Source of the DNA: the human T2T-CHM13v2.0 reference genome, Homo sapiens
DNA length: 64,000 bases
Reading direction: 5' to 3' (one strand)
Assembly: GCF_009914755.1 (NCBI RefSeq)
Contig: NC_060928.1
The translations under genes were made by a program, and so were the position numbers. This document shows, piece by piece, positions 46,318 through 61,500 of this stretch; positions within the stretch are counted from its first letter, which is position 1; each line of letters starts with the position of its first letter. The notes beneath the pieces are model-generated. The model was not told the DNA's origin, did no database searches, and saw only the letters and a program-made list of their open reading frames with translations.

Positions 46318-46912
46318 GCATTTTATTATTAATTAATTTAAGTTGACAAATAATAATTGTATGTATTTGTTGTGGACAGCATATTTTGAAATATGCTTAT
46401 ATAGTGGAATGGCTAAATCGAGCTAACTATTAATAACATATGCATTCTCTCCCATACTTTTTTTTTGAGGTGAGAATCCTTAAAATCTATGCTCTTAGCA
46501 ATTTTCAAGGATACAATACATTGTTATTAAATATGTTTGCAGCGGGTGAGGTGGCTCATGACTGTAATTCTAGCACTTTGGGAGGCTGAGGCAGGTGGTT
46601 CACCTGAGGTCAGGAGTTTGAGACCAGCCTGGCCAACATAGTGAAACCCCATCTCTACTAAAAATACAAAAATTAGCTGGGTGTGGTGGCTCATGCCTGT
46701 AATCCTAGCTACTCAGGAGGCTGAGGTATGAGAATCGCTTGAACCCAGGAGGTGGAGGTTGCGGTGAGCCAAGATCATGCCACTGCACTCCAGCTGGGGC
46801 AAGAGAGTGAAACTCTGTCTCAAAAAAAAATATGTCTGCAATGTTGTACAATAGATCTCTTGAACTTAATCTTCTGGTCTAACTGAAATTCTATATCCTT
46901 TGGCCAATACCA
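46318..46912 (-). mobile_element. L1MA-type 3'UTR fragment split by an AluSx
   Basis: ttgacaaataataattgtatgtattt...tggaatggctaaatcgagctaa; resumes atgttgtacaatagatctcttgaactta. Confidence 0.85.
46541..46827 (+). mobile_element. AluSx SINE
   Basis: Full dimer; TSD aaatatgt(t/c)tgca at 46529-46541 and 46828-46840. Confidence 0.94.
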
Positions 46913-47589
46913 AACTGGGGATTGGTTGAGAAGACCTTATATTAGACTGTATGTTTTTACTGATCACAATAAGTTGCTTGATCTTGTCAGTTGTCTATAT
47001 TCTGATAGTTTTCAAGTAAGTTAGATTGTCTGGGAAAAAGTAATCATTTATGTCTCTAGGCTCTCAATAATGATATGGGCAATAGATAAAGAAAAAGGAC
47101 ATGACGCTATTGGGGATTCTTTATATTCCTAACTTTGAGAAACAAAATAATCTAAGAGGCCTAGGTTTATTTAATAATCTGCTTAAAACTGCTCTTCCCA
47201 AGAAAGCCACAGAGTACACAGAGGCTGGTGTCAAACTATACATTCTGTTTTTGAGAAAAGCCTTCCTGTTCAAGAGGCTTTTAGCTTTTGTTTGTTTAAA
47301 TTCTTATAATTTTAAAAGGAAATATATCTTGTTTATGACTCTTGGGATACTAATAAACTTAAAAGCATCAAAGTATTTTTATATACTACTAATTAAACTC
47401 AAGGTGGGTAACATTCAAGTACTAGTGTTTCTTAGAAAAATCCTATTTTGCCAATCTCAACCAAATAACAAAACCAAACGAAAAAAAAGAGTACTCTTAG
47501 GAGATACACCTTTAATTTCTGTGATAATTGGTGTTTCTGTGATAATTGGTGATGAAACTATAAGCCTGTGCAATAAGGTAGGAGGGAAT

Positions 47590-47743
47590 AGCTAAATGTG
47601 GCAATTTAAATTTAAATTAACTAACATGAAAGGAAGTTAAAAGTTCAGTTCTTCAGTGGCCCAAGCCACATTTCAAATGCTCAGTGGCCAGCACAGATAT
47701 AGAAACTCTCCATCACCACAGAAAGTTCTATTAGACAGCACTA
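47590..47743 (-). mobile_element. MER3/MER33 hAT-Charlie fragment
   Basis: agccacatttcaaatgctcagtggcc...cagatatagaa...ccatcaccacagaaagttctattagacagcact. Confidence 0.8.
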
Positions 47744-48602
47744 GGATAAGCTATAAAACCATCGAAAGCACAGCCTGGTGTCATAACCAGATGTGGAGTG
47801 CCATATATAGATAATAATTTCATTTTAAAGGATCCAGCAATATTTCAAGACTGCTTTTGTGTTTGTTAAATCTTGTTACAATGGGACTTATTTGCTCTAC
47901 AGTCCAGGGTCAAGTTTTCTTTGATAGTATAAATTGATTTTGCAAATAGCTACCAGCAGTTTTCCAAACAACTATGAATGGGAGTGAGGGGTAGAGGAAG
48001 TAGCAAAAGGAGATGTTTGGAGAACCTGAAAGCATTAATCCTGCGGGATAGAGCAGGGTATTGCTATGTCTGTTTCTCCTTCCAGCCCTTTTCACTTGAG
48101 TGCTCCCTGCGTTCTTCTTCTGTATGGAGAATGAAGGCTCCCTGTGAGCACTGAAGGTGAGTCTGTGCCTGGGAACCCCAGGGTCACCCCAGCACATTTT
48201 ACAGAGTAGCTCAGTGATGTCATGGCATTGTGGATGGGAAGGAATTAGGCAAGTTAGCATGAATGGAAGAAGCAGGGATGGGAGATGTAAGAACAGGGGT
48301 GTTGCCTATTTTAAAGCAGAGATTATTTTGTTGGGTAGCAAAAAGGGGGAAGAGCCTAGAGTGGAGCATGGATGTGACACAAAAGCCACAGCAGCAAAGT
48401 GGTGAGTGCATTTGTAAACTCTCTACTCCATGGTTGCATGAAATTGTGGAGTAATGGGATAATCTATATATGTAGCAAGCTACAAATCACAACGTAAATA
48501 GTACTGACTGAAAAGAAGATGTATAAAAGGGGGCATGAGGAATGGACATTTCATGAAATCATTGCATCTGACTTTCTAAAAAACTGCTTTCTGGTAATAG
48601 TT

Positions 48603-49045
48603 GTCTTGGTTTGGGTTCTCTTGAAAATAGAATCTGAAATGTGTCATTGGGATAGGCGGTAAATGGAGGGGTGATCTCAGGAAGCTGAAGATGAAGGAGT
48701 AAGGAGTAAGATATTGGGGAAAAAGAAGACAATACGTACACTATTGTGGTTGCCACTGTGAGCAAGCGTTCTCGATCTGGTTAGAACCTCCACATTTCTC
48801 CTCCTGAAAAAGAAGACACTGGCTGCTGTGCACCATTTGTTGAGGTTGTCAGAGCTCTCACCTCCCCAGCATTTCTGGGCTGCACTTGTAGCTGGGCCAG
48901 CAGTGCTCCCAGGACCTGGGGCAGAATGCAGAGGTCAGAGGCGCATGCTCGAAATGGGATGCTGTCAGTGCATCTGAGTCTGAGACGTACAAATCTGGTC
49001 CACTCCATCTGTGGTAGAGGTGGGCCAAGCAGATGTGACTCAGCA
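48603..49045 (-). mobile_element. LTR33-like ERVL solo LTR
   Basis: gtcttggtttgggttctcttgaaaatagaatctga...ggtgatctcaggaagc...ggcatctgctaca. Confidence 0.65.
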
Positions 49046-49069
49046 TACTAGAGGCATCTGCTACAGCTG

Positions 49070-49230
49070 CTGTTCACTGAGCACTCATTATGTGTCCAAC
49101 ACTGTGCTAAGACAAAGCACATATGTTTTCTCCTTTAGCTACAGAGCCACCCATGAAGAGGGTGTTACATATCTGAATTTCGTAGATGATATGGAGACTT
49201 AGAGAGGTTAAGTAACTTACCCTGTGTCAA
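49070..49230 (-). mobile_element. MIR SINE
   Basis: actgagcactcattatgtgtc...gagacttagagaggttaagtaacttaccc. Confidence 0.75.
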
Positions 49231-49419
49231 GGACGCAAATATATCAAATGTCTCAGATCACACATTGCTGACACGAGATCCTCACCCTGGCCCATGTTGC
49301 CCATATCCTTAGCTCAACTATAATACTTCATTCTTCCTCAATGACTCTGAACTCTGCTGTCTTCTTTCTATCTTTTTGTAATGCTTCCTCCAACACTATA
49401 TTTTCCCCCATTTACTTTT

Positions 49420-50935
49420 TCGTAGTGTAGTATTCTGCAGGCTTTGGCAAACATATAGCCGTGTAACCATAGCCACCACCGCCACCAGCACCACAATCTA
49501 GAGAACAGTTCTAGCATCCCCAAACTCCCTCATGGCCCTTTGCAGAAAACCCGCTCCCCATTCCCAGCCTCTCACCACTGCTAGACTTGTTTTGTTTTGT
49601 TTGCATCCTTTGCAAGAATGTCATAAGCAAAATCATACCATAAGCCTTTTGAGTTTGGCTTATTTTCTTTACAAGATACATTGTCACCCAAGTTGTTTTA
49701 AGTACCAATAGTTCATTCTTTTAACTTACTGAATGATATTCCATTGTATGGCTGCACCATAGTTTGTTTATCCATTCCCTAGTTGAGGGACATTTGGGTT
49801 GTTTCCAGTTTTAAGTAATTACAAAGAAAGTCGTTATAAGCATTTACAGAGGTTTTATGTAAATATAAGTTTTCATTTCACTTGGGTAAATACCTAGGAG
49901 TCAGATTACTGACTCTTATTTTAAGTGTATGTTTACCTTTATAAGAAATTGCCAAACTGTTTTGGCAATTTTCCATTCTCACCATTAATGCGTTGTCCCA
50001 CATTCTTACCAGCACTTAGAATTTTTTTTTTTTTAGTCATTCTAATAGGTGGCTAGTAAGATCTCATTGTAGGTTTAATGTGATTCCTTAAAGATAGATG
50101 ATCGTGAATGTCTTTTTATGTATTTACTTGCAATCTGTGTATCTTCCTGGGTAAAGTATCACCCATTTGTTTTATTGAAACTTTTGCTTTTTTATTATTA
50201 ACTTTTGAGAGGTATTTTTATTTTTTAGGCATACAATTTTAAAAAAATCAGATATGTGTACTGCAAATATTTTCTCCCAGTATGTGACTAGTCTTTCCAT
50301 TCTTTTCCTAGTCTTTTGAGAGCAGTTCTTAATTTTTTGGAGCTCAATGGGTCTATTTTTTTCTTTTATGGTTTGTGCTTTTGGTGTCATACCTAAGAAC
50401 TCTTTGGCTAATTGAAGTTCATAAAGATTTTCTTCTAAAAGTGTTAGAATTGTACATGTAGGTATATAATTCACGTTGAGTTACTTTTTTGTGGTATGTA
50501 AAGTATGGATCAAGACACTATATTTTGATAATATGGAAAGCTAATTGTTCCAGAATCATTTATTGAAAAGGCTGTCTTTTAGCCATCGAATTGTTTTTGC
50601 ACTATTACTGAAAATCAATTGACCATATATATGTGTAGGTCTATTTCTGGGCTCTATTCTGTTCCATTGATCTATGTCAGTCATTTCTCCAGTGTCATAC
50701 TATATTAACTACTGTATCTTTATAGAAAGTCTGGAAATAAGACAGTATTATTCCTCCAAATTGCAAAATAGTTTGCAAAATTATTTTTTTCAAAATTAAT
50801 TCTGCTATTTTAATGACTTTGCCTCTTCATATACATTTGAGAGTCAGCTTGATAATTTCCGAAAAACCAGTCCTGCTGGATTTGGATTGAAATTCTATTA
50901 AATCTATTATCATTTTTGGGGAAAACTGGTATCAT
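49420..50935 (-). mobile_element. Old L1M (MB/MC/MD) 3' portion
   Basis: ttccattgtatggctgcaccatagtttgtttatccattc...gtttgtgcttttggtgtcatacctaagaac...ctctattctgttccattgatctatg; ORF 50172-50474 has L1 ORF2-like FLGMTPKAQTIKEK. Confidence 0.88.
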
Positions 50936-51577
50936 AATAATAGTCCCCTTATTACCAATTAGTAGTCACATAGAGGGACTATCCATAAGCACTATAATTA
51001 AAGGAAGGCATGTTTATTAAAGTGTGATTGCTAAGTAGTCAGGAAATTATGAATACTTCTGTCTCCCAAGTTTTCATATAATATAAATAACAACAAAATA
51101 ATACTGCCTTGTGTTGTTGACTGGGAGAAGAGTACTAGTTGTGTTGATTTGGAAATAACAGTGATAGCTGAGGCTTGTTATAACCACCTCTAAGTTTTCT
51201 AGTTTCCCTTTTTGTGTGACTGAAATATGCATATCTGCTAAGGGTAATTTATATATCATTTGTAGGTCTTTAGGAAATCCCAAACGTTATTAAAACAATC
51301 ATAACTTAAAAATATATTTTAAAAATGAAGTATTCTCTGATCCTAAAACCAAAAGTTGAGGTTTTCCTAAGAAACAAATTCAGTTGTTTATTATTATTAT
51401 TATTTTAAAGATATAGAGTAGTCAAGCAGTGATCAGATTTAATGCAGGTCTCTAACACTGAGTATTTCATTATTTCTTGAGTCTACATATTTTAGTGCCA
51501 ATTCTAGGGAGTTACTGAAATTTTCTGAATGTCTGTGCGTAGTTCTTAATTGATAACTGAAAAAAGCATAAGAAATC

Positions 51578-51910
<333 letters not shown>

Positions 51911-54542
51911 CTACATAAGGAGTAGCTTTCTTCAGTTGCCACCTTTACTTCTGAGCTGCAATTCCCTTTTCTGTTGTTCATGTCCCAAATTCAACTTGCA
52001 GAACTCTGCTATTTGGCAGCTCAGATTTTTAGCCTTCCACAGCCTATTGCTGGCTTCTTGGCAGAGTATCAAACCTGTCCAGGCAGGACATCAGACCAGT
52101 CCAGATTAAACTAGCTTGATCTAAGAAACAAGCCAGTGCAAAACAGCAAGATACTCATTAATTTTAATTAACAGTTCCAAACAGAGTTGCACAACAAGGT
52201 CATTTTCCCTAAATGAATTATTAGAGATAATATAAGAAATAGACTTCTCCAAGCAGTATTTTTAAACTGCAGGTGTTGGCAAAAATTGTCCCAGAGAATA
52301 TCTGCCTTTCTAAGACAGTCCACTTACAGAAGGTTGACGTAAATATTCATTGAAAATACTGAAGTCATTGCCTGTAGCTGTTGTTCCTCCCTTTTTCGTA
52401 AGATTCAAATTATAAAGTTCAAAGCCTTTCAGAGAATGATACTGCTTCACCTGGCAAAAAAAATCTTAGAAAAATCTAAATAGATCTGGTAATAAATTTT
52501 CCTATAAATTAAGAGTATCCCTGGAAGATCTGGGGAACTCTAAATAATGTCCTTTCTAGTTGTTTATGTGCATATTCATTTTATTGACCCTTTTGTTTAT
52601 CAAAAGTGAATACGGTACATTTGTTATAAATTAAGGCCTTTGGTTTTTTCACTTGTCTTTCCTGTACTTGTGTGTGTGATACCTTAATACCCTCAAAAGG
52701 TAAACAATAGTATCTCTATGAAAAAGGCTTCAATTTATGATAAAATGTACAGAGAATAATATTTTTCTAAGCATTTGGGATCCCACTGTTATTGAAATAC
52801 AATCCAAACATCAAAATAATATTATCGGTAAAAAATACTAAAAAAATCTGACTTGGAAATATAAATATCAATCTAGATTGTCAGTTTTTCAAATTTCTCT
52901 ATAAACTGTCACACATCCTAATCATATACCTAGATAAATATAAATACATATAAATATTGTTGGCTTCTTTGGCAGCCTGATATTCTTTTGAAGAGATAAA
53001 AGCTCTTAGCTTAAAAGTTTATCTAAGAAACTCAGATTCAGAGTTACTGTATCAATTTTTGTGAAAAATCAAAACACTGCCAAAAGCAGCTAAAGCCGCT
53101 GACCTAGCAGGCTGATTCCAAAAGAGGCACGCACTAAAAGCTGTAGGGTTTGAACTAAACATATGGTATTGGATTACTATTAATCTAGAGAAACAGATCA
53201 TCAGCAAATTGAGAAAATAATCTCTTATTGCAGTGATTTGTCAAGCCTTTGAGTTTTCCTCCTCGCTCTTCCTTTCTGATTTGCCTTCTGGTGTTTGCCT
53301 TATTTTCACATAGGGATCATGGTTTTCATAATGAATGAGTCCCCATGCAAATGCTTATGTACATATTCCCAGCAATGAATGGTCAGATTTCAAACTGACA
53401 CTGACATATATGCACAGGTTTATACCTGTAGATATAGATATAGCTATGTACATATAATATTATATGTATAAATATATACAATTTTATGTGTATTAAATAT
53501 TGAATATATTATACATTTATTTCTATATTTTATGTATGTATATAAAGATGCAATCTTTTTTTAACCTCATGTCTAACTTATTTAATAATTTGTTAAAGGT
53601 GAATTGTAATAGTCTATACAAACTGTGATACAGTTTGGTGATCATGGTTGTTTCACTGTGCAAATTGATTTACTGATGTGTGAGTAGAGTAACTTGATGA
53701 TACTGTGTCTGTACTTCTGACTTGATTGGGTGCAAATTTTTGGGTAAGCTTTTGAAACACACAGATATATAAAGATGTAAGAAGAAAAGAACAGTTTGTT
53801 CACCTATTTTGTTGTAAGATGACTTAGAGAGGACAAAGGCTAAATTTTATTAAGAACAAAATAACCTGATTGTTGGTTAATGTGGTTAAAAAAATCAAAT
53901 CAAACCAAACTAAGTCAAACCAACAAATAAATTTGTCCCAATACATTCAAAGATCAATTCAATCAGAGTGGGTTCAACTAGTAACTCTGCAGAAATAGTT
54001 TCATTTAAATGTGAGATATTCCGACCTGATAATATGTGTCCATTCTCTAAACCATAATAGTATCCAAAATTTACATATCATATTCATTACCGTATTATGT
54101 TGAAACACACTGTTTTTGTGTTTGTGTCCCCCATTAGACCCTTGAAAGTAAGAAAAGCCTTTTCCCCCTTATGTTTCCAGTAATTATCTCAGTGCTTAGC
54201 ACATTGCAGGAAGATTTTGTATAACTGGCCACTGAGAAAGGTGGCAAGTAGAATGAGCAGTGAGTTGTTGGAAGTGACTGAAATGGGACACGTGTCAAAT
54301 ACCAGGAGCTGCAACCCTGGAGAGATCCAGGTAATGCCAAGGCCTGCTTTTCCAGCAGGGCTTCTATACGAATACTGAAATGAAGTTCTTTGCTATAACT
54401 GTCTATGACTCCAATTCCCTCCACAATTCCCCTAGACTTATGAATCTCAGAACCTATGATGCAATTTTACTGTGAATATAATTTCTCTCTTATTCTTTTT
54501 TTCTATGCCTTAAACTATGCTCTTTGAAAATGTGAGAGCTTT

Positions 54543-54858
<316 letters not shown>

Positions 54859-55328
54859 TTAAGCAGGGACCCATACAAATTCCTATCAGTCTTATATTTG
54901 ATTATAAGCCACTACTAAGTGAGCATACACTCTTCTCTACAGGATAAGTAAGTAGGAAAGTCATCTTACTTAGGGAAATAAATTGTTAAATCTCAGAGAG
55001 AAAGCAGAGGGAAGCCATTATGGAAGGGAGAAACAATCTATGATGTGAAAGTATTACACGCATATGGAAAACGTCATTGTTTAATTTATAAATAGAGGAG
55101 TTAAATAGTAGAAGAGAATCTGGTGAAAATTTAATTGATTTAGTGAAAGATTAAATGTGCTCACCCAGAATTCAGAGATTAAGACAAGAAAAATATGAGT
55201 GGCATAGATGATTCATCCATGAGATTAACCTACATAAAATAGGACTTCTATGAATAGAAAACAGGATGAATCAACAGCAGTGGTCAAAGGAAAAAGGAAA
55301 ACACCACCTGAAAAGAAGGATGATTTCA

Positions 55329-55650
55329 TCATGTCCTTTGCAGCAACATGGATGCAAACTGGTGGCCATCACCCTAAGTGAAGTAATGCAGAAACAGAAA
55401 ACCAAAAATCCCATATTCTCACTTATAAGTGGAAGCTAAATCTTGGATACACATGACTGAGAACAACAGACACTGGGGACTCCAAAATGAGGGAGGGAGA
55501 GGGGCAGGGTCTGAAGAACTTCCTAGTGGGTACCATGTTCACTATTTGGGTGATGAGATCAGTAGATGCCCAAACCTCAGCATCATGAAATATCTTCTTG
55601 CAACAAACCTGCACATGTACCCCTTAAATCTAAAATTAAAATTAAAATTA
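55329..55650 (+). mobile_element. L1PA15/16-like 3' fragment
   Basis: tcatgtcctttgcagcaacatggatg...caaacctcagcatca...aacaaacctgcacatgtacccc; decayed TSD aaagaaggatgatttca / aaagaaaggataatttca. Confidence 0.88.
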
Positions 55651-55894
55651 AAAAGAAAGGATAATTTCAGCCTCAAGAGCAAGAATGTACATTGAAGTAA
55701 AGATCAACTTTATAAAAACAGAACCACACCTAGACATGTCCTTATGTTTGCCTTAAAAATCCAGCATCACCTGAACATCAAGAAAAACAAAGAACAGCAA
55801 CAACAAAAAGTTCATCTAGGTTTACCGAGTTTCCAACAAAGGACATTGATTGTCTTTTAATTTTTTCACTCTTAAATGCTAGAATATAAAGGAA

Positions 55895-56135
55895 GAGGTT
55901 AATGGTCAAGATTATGGAGAGACTAGAGCCAGACTGCCCGGTTTCAAAACCTAGCTCTGCTGAATATTAGTTATGTAAGCCTGGGAAAAGTCCTTACCAT
56001 CTTTGTGCTTCATTTTCATCAACAAACAGTGCAGACAATGAATGTACTTGCGTATCGTTATTGTTAGATTAAATGAATTAGTGTATTTAAAGTACTTAGA
56101 AGAATACCTGAAACATAGTAAGCAAAACATATATT
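55895..56135 (+). mobile_element. MIR SINE
   Basis: ctagagccagactgcccggtttcaaaacctagctctgc...ctttgtgcttcattttcatc...cctgaaacatagtaagc. Confidence 0.85.
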
Positions 56136-57178
56136 TTTTTAATTCTGCTTTTCCTCTTCCCTTTTTCCTCCTCCTCCTCATTGTTGTTTTTAATTCAGAG
56201 CTTTGAAAATGTTTTATACCCAGCTAAGTTAACAATGTGTGAAGGCAACAGAAAGGCATTCTTTGATACACATAAATTCAAAATATGCTATTCAGGCAAC
56301 TTGAATAAAAATTGTTAAATACTGAGTTATACCAACACAAGTTGCATTGAGGATCAGAATTCTTGGCAAAGGAACTAGTGGCTGCAAAGGACCACTAGTT
56401 TAAATTATTAGTAAAAATTATATAGACCAACATTAGTCTACATAATTATTAAAGTACCACTTGGATTATAAAATTTGCTTTCCCTTTAAAATAAATGACT
56501 TTTATTTTTTAAAATATTAACAAATGAAAAATACAGAGTTGATATCCTAAATTAAATTAATGTCTAGAGATTGGAGTGGATTCAAAAGCAAAGACACAAG
56601 CATTTTCTTTTCCATCAGTGGTGGCTGACAACAATTACTTTGCCCTTAACTCTTCTGGCTTGCTTAATATAGTATTAAGACTGTATTTGGAAAACTTTAT
56701 AGTAGTCACTTAAGAAATAAATGGAGTTTTTTCTTTCCAAACTAAAGCTAATAAACAGCAAAAAATCAAAACCCCCAAAAACAAACAAAAACAACCCAAG
56801 CCCTGCAAAAAACCCAAAGCACACTCCTCCCCCCGCTCAAGTAAACCCCTCTGTTCTGGCAAAAAAGATAGGAAAAAGCCAGCCAGAAAATATTTTTAAA
56901 AGACAATATGAAAATACATATGAAAGCATGATAGAAGCATGATGAAATACTAGACTATCAAATGTATATTTGTTAAATACCCCAATGAAAGGACAAATCC
57001 AGAGATACACTACTTAGAGTTTCCTCATCTAAAACACATATGTTTGGAAATATGGGCAAGTAAATGCAAGGCAAATGCAAATTTTGAAAACTAATATTAC
57101 TATTAGATAAAGCAGAATTTAAGGCAAAAACATTAAGTCCTATAAAGAGAGTCATTTTAATCAAAAGAAAGTAAAATC

Positions 57179-57749
<571 letters not shown>

Positions 57750-57750
<1 letters not shown>

Positions 57751-58565
57751 AATGAAGACAAAAACACTAAAAAATCCTCATATTCAGAATAATATAATAT
57801 CACTAATAGAGAAGGTGAAAGCATTTGGAAATTCAAAGGAGTTTTAGGAAAATTTAGTTAGTGTGAGATATTTTAACTACTGACTTAGCTCAATTAGACA
57901 TATAAGTTATTAAAAATATGAATAATTAATTTCAGCATCATTGGAATGAAAATTAAATTAAAATGAGATACTTTTTTCCATCAATCAAGCAAAAAATTTT
58001 TGAACATATAATAACCAATGTTAACAAATGTGTGTTGAGATGGATGCTCTCATGGCTAGTAGTTGTGTAAATCAATACAATTTATGTAAAAAACAAGTTG
58101 ATCTTATCTTTCAAGAGCCGTAGTAAATCTCATGTTTTTAATCAAAGTATTTTTGACTCTTGGAGACAGATTGTGCAAAGATTTCTATTTGTGCACATTA
58201 ATTGCAGAATTATTTGAATAGACAAACAATGTAGATAAAATAAAATGGTTACATAAGTTATTTTGCCATATACTAAAATAGTGTGAGAATATAATAATTT
58301 CTTGAAGAATCTTTATTGATATAAGGCAAATGAAAAATAACAATATATGTTAGTGTTACAAAAGAGATTATTACATGGTTTAATAAATAGCATAGTCCAA
58401 TTTTTGATTAGGAAGTGTATAGAAAATATTTAAAAATAAATATGACTACATGTTAATGGTATTTGTGTTTCGGTGGTGGTACAGATAATATTTCATGCCC
58501 ATTTTTGTGTATTTTCTAAGTTTTTCATTAAATATTGATGACTCATAATAAAAATAAATTTTAAA
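57750..58565 (+). mobile_element. Highly decayed L1ME-type fragments (also ~56900-57178)
   Basis: aaattaaaatgagatac, gtgtaaatcaatacaa, ttttctaagttttcatt...aataaatttt. Confidence 0.5.
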
Positions 58566-61500
58566 AAGAAAGAGCAAGGAGAGAAATGCCAAACAAATGT
58601 GTGGAATAGGATGCTTTGAAAAATACATTTTCTGAAGTTTTTTTTGTTTTTTGCTATGAAAGAAATAATATCTGTAAAAAAAGTTAATCTATTGTCTTCC
58701 TCCCGAAAACTGAGTATGACTGAAAAATTGGAATATCAGCCAAATAAATTGAGAGATTTTTCTATTGTATTAATAAATATTAGTATTTGTATAAATTAGG
58801 AAATATTTTCATAGTCATTATCTTATTTAACTTTTGCAACTATTTTCTGAAGATGACAACGTTATCCCCAATTTACATATGGGGAAACTAAGAGTCAGAA
58901 AAAGTTCCTTGTCCAAGGACACATGGATGAAATCCTGAGCTCTTTCCAGCACTCCACCTGCATTGTTTATGCATACTGATACTTCAAAGTACAATCTGGG
59001 GCCTCCTTCTCCTTGAGTTTTTATTAGGATCTTGGTATCCCTATGGTATTGCCATTGTGTCAACCTAAGCTAGATATAGAAACATTTTATTCCTGGCAGT
59101 AACATGTTACAAAAAAGCGAACTTAATGAAATAAAATTATAGTTACCAAGAAAAATTAATAATAATTTTGTTTTCATTAGGTTACTAAAGGCACTAAAAT
59201 AAACCTGTCATTACAGATTTGCACCTATGATCTTGATGTCTCCACATGCTGCAAGTCACATTGGACAGTTTGTAGTTTTGTGACTGAATCTAACATTAAG
59301 TTTATTAGGGACTTTGGTCTACATGTAAAACTCACCTGGATGTTAATGGAAGAGCCTCTGGGTATTGAAACAGAATATATTCAGCATTTTGTCTGGTCTA
59401 GAAGTCAATCAGAATGCAATTATTCATTAAGCCTCCTGCAAGCAATAGTCACTGTGCTGTGCCAACATTCATCAAGTTAAGGGCCAGGAAATGTGATTGC
59501 CAGGGGCAGATCTCACAGAGACAGCACAAAAGTCAGCTCGTCTCAATTACAACGCGGCAATGGCCTTCTTCCTTGAAACTGCATTGTCAGAAGGGAATCT
59601 GAGAGGCAGTTCAGAACTTTTTCACTGGGCTCACTCTCAACAGGAATACCTGATAGGAAACAAACTAGGAGACTTATTTTCCTGTTCTCAATTTTCACAA
59701 GAATGTTTGGACTATAGTGCCTGTGACTGACTCAAGAAATTGAAGAAGCAAGAATTAAGAGGAACAGTGAATATTTGGTGCTACATGGAAGGAGAATATT
59801 GAAGTGGGAACACTTAACAGCTTTTTAGGAAGAAAGTTAAAATCTTAGCTGTATCTCTTGCTTTACATTTCTAGGCAAGTTCTTTAATTTTTCTAGATGT
59901 AAGTATCCTTATGTATAATCTGTCTACTCCATAAGGTTATTGTAAGAAATACATAAAATAAAGTAACTGAAAACAGTGCACAATAAATGAAGCTATTATG
60001 ATGAAGGCAAAATATCACCAAGATTATAATATTCCCTTTCATTTGGAATTGAGAGGTAGATAGCTATGTTTTTAACAGTCAGATAAAGAGTTAAACTTTG
60101 GACGCAAATGACAGTAATCAAGAAGGTAAAATAAGACCTAAGAACTCCTTAGAAAATCTTCAATTCCCATAGGTCTCATTATCAGGTAAGAATGCTATAT
60201 GCTTCTCACAAAAGCCTGGAAAAATGTTTGAAGCTCACTTGTCAGCATGGAGAGACATCCAGAATAATTACTGAAAACAAACGATGGTTTTGCAAGTCCA
60301 AGATGTTTCGAGATGTTTTGACAGTGGAGGAAATGCCTAGAAGCAGGTTTGACTCTTTGTAATACTCATTCATCTACATGGTTTTTCTCTCTCTTTCTCC
60401 TCCTCCCCCTCCCCGCTCTCTGTGTGTGTACTACTTAATTTCCCCAGAATAAATATAAATATGTTATAGTTCTTATAAATTAAAATTATGTAAATTTGAT
60501 CACGTGAATGCTGTTATCAACATATTAACATACTTTGTATCTATTTTCACTGTGATTTACCATGTATTAGTAATTGGCAAAAGGCCCTGTATCATTCCTG
60601 GAACAGTCCCATTGCAGTGAGAATTCTAGTTGAGCTCATGCTGTTTCTACCACCATGTGTAAGGAAAGCCCACAGCATAATTCACCATCAGGGTTTCCTC
60701 TTTCACTCAGAAGCCTATGGCATGCAAGCCTGTAATTCTGGTATGCGTGACTCCATGGATGAGGAATTGGAGTCTTGCTTGAAGGGTTGGGCTCAAAGTT
60801 ACTGTACGGCACATGGCCACTGTGTTACTGAGCAACTGGGTTTGTTTTCTCATTGCTGGGATTCCCACTTTGCTCTCATAGATGCATGTAACATAATTTA
60901 TCTGTGTGGTGTGTTCTAATTCTGTGTAAGGAGGGCTGCTGACAGCAACCCAAGCTTGGCAAGGGTGGGACTTTGGTTATATAACATTTGCCTCTTTCAG
61001 TTTTTGTCATAATAAATTTTCCATTATAAAGATGAGCTATATTGATGCTATTGTCACACTTTTGCTTGCCACCACCTGTTCGAAAATCTTCTACCACTGG
61101 CCCTTGTCCCACTCTTCTGCTGATGTACTAAGTTTTAATGTCGAGAAGTCTGTGTGAAAGTAGCTGAGAGAGGATAAGGGAATGACGTACTTGCCAGTAA
61201 GGATGGCGCTTACTGGAAACGTATTTCAGACTAGTCTGACAGGAGGTGCTTACTGGTTCCACGTGGATGTGACAACATTCTTTAGGACATTGGTCATTTC
61301 AGCCAAAAATATACAAATCCACACCTACTTTCATACACTATCCCGGGGGGAACTGAAGCTATTTCTACATGCTGTGATAGAGGTAATTGTGGCTGGAGAC
61401 AAAAATGATTAGAACTGCATACCACCCAAGAAAAGTAGCATCACATCAATGGAAAATTACCACAATTGTCTCTTCCTGCTGCATTGAATGTACTACTATA

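Noticed and set aside
47101-47595. Longest non-repeat ORF (164 aa)
   Set aside because: L/K/F/I-rich composition typical of AT-rich chance ORFs; no domain I recognise; includes an 18-bp tandem duplication and runs into a MER3-type fragment.
53400-53545. AT-rich (TA)-like tracts here and at 62625-62722, and (TTAA)n at 41843-41863
   Set aside because: Ordinary low-complexity DNA with only trivial self-complementarity.
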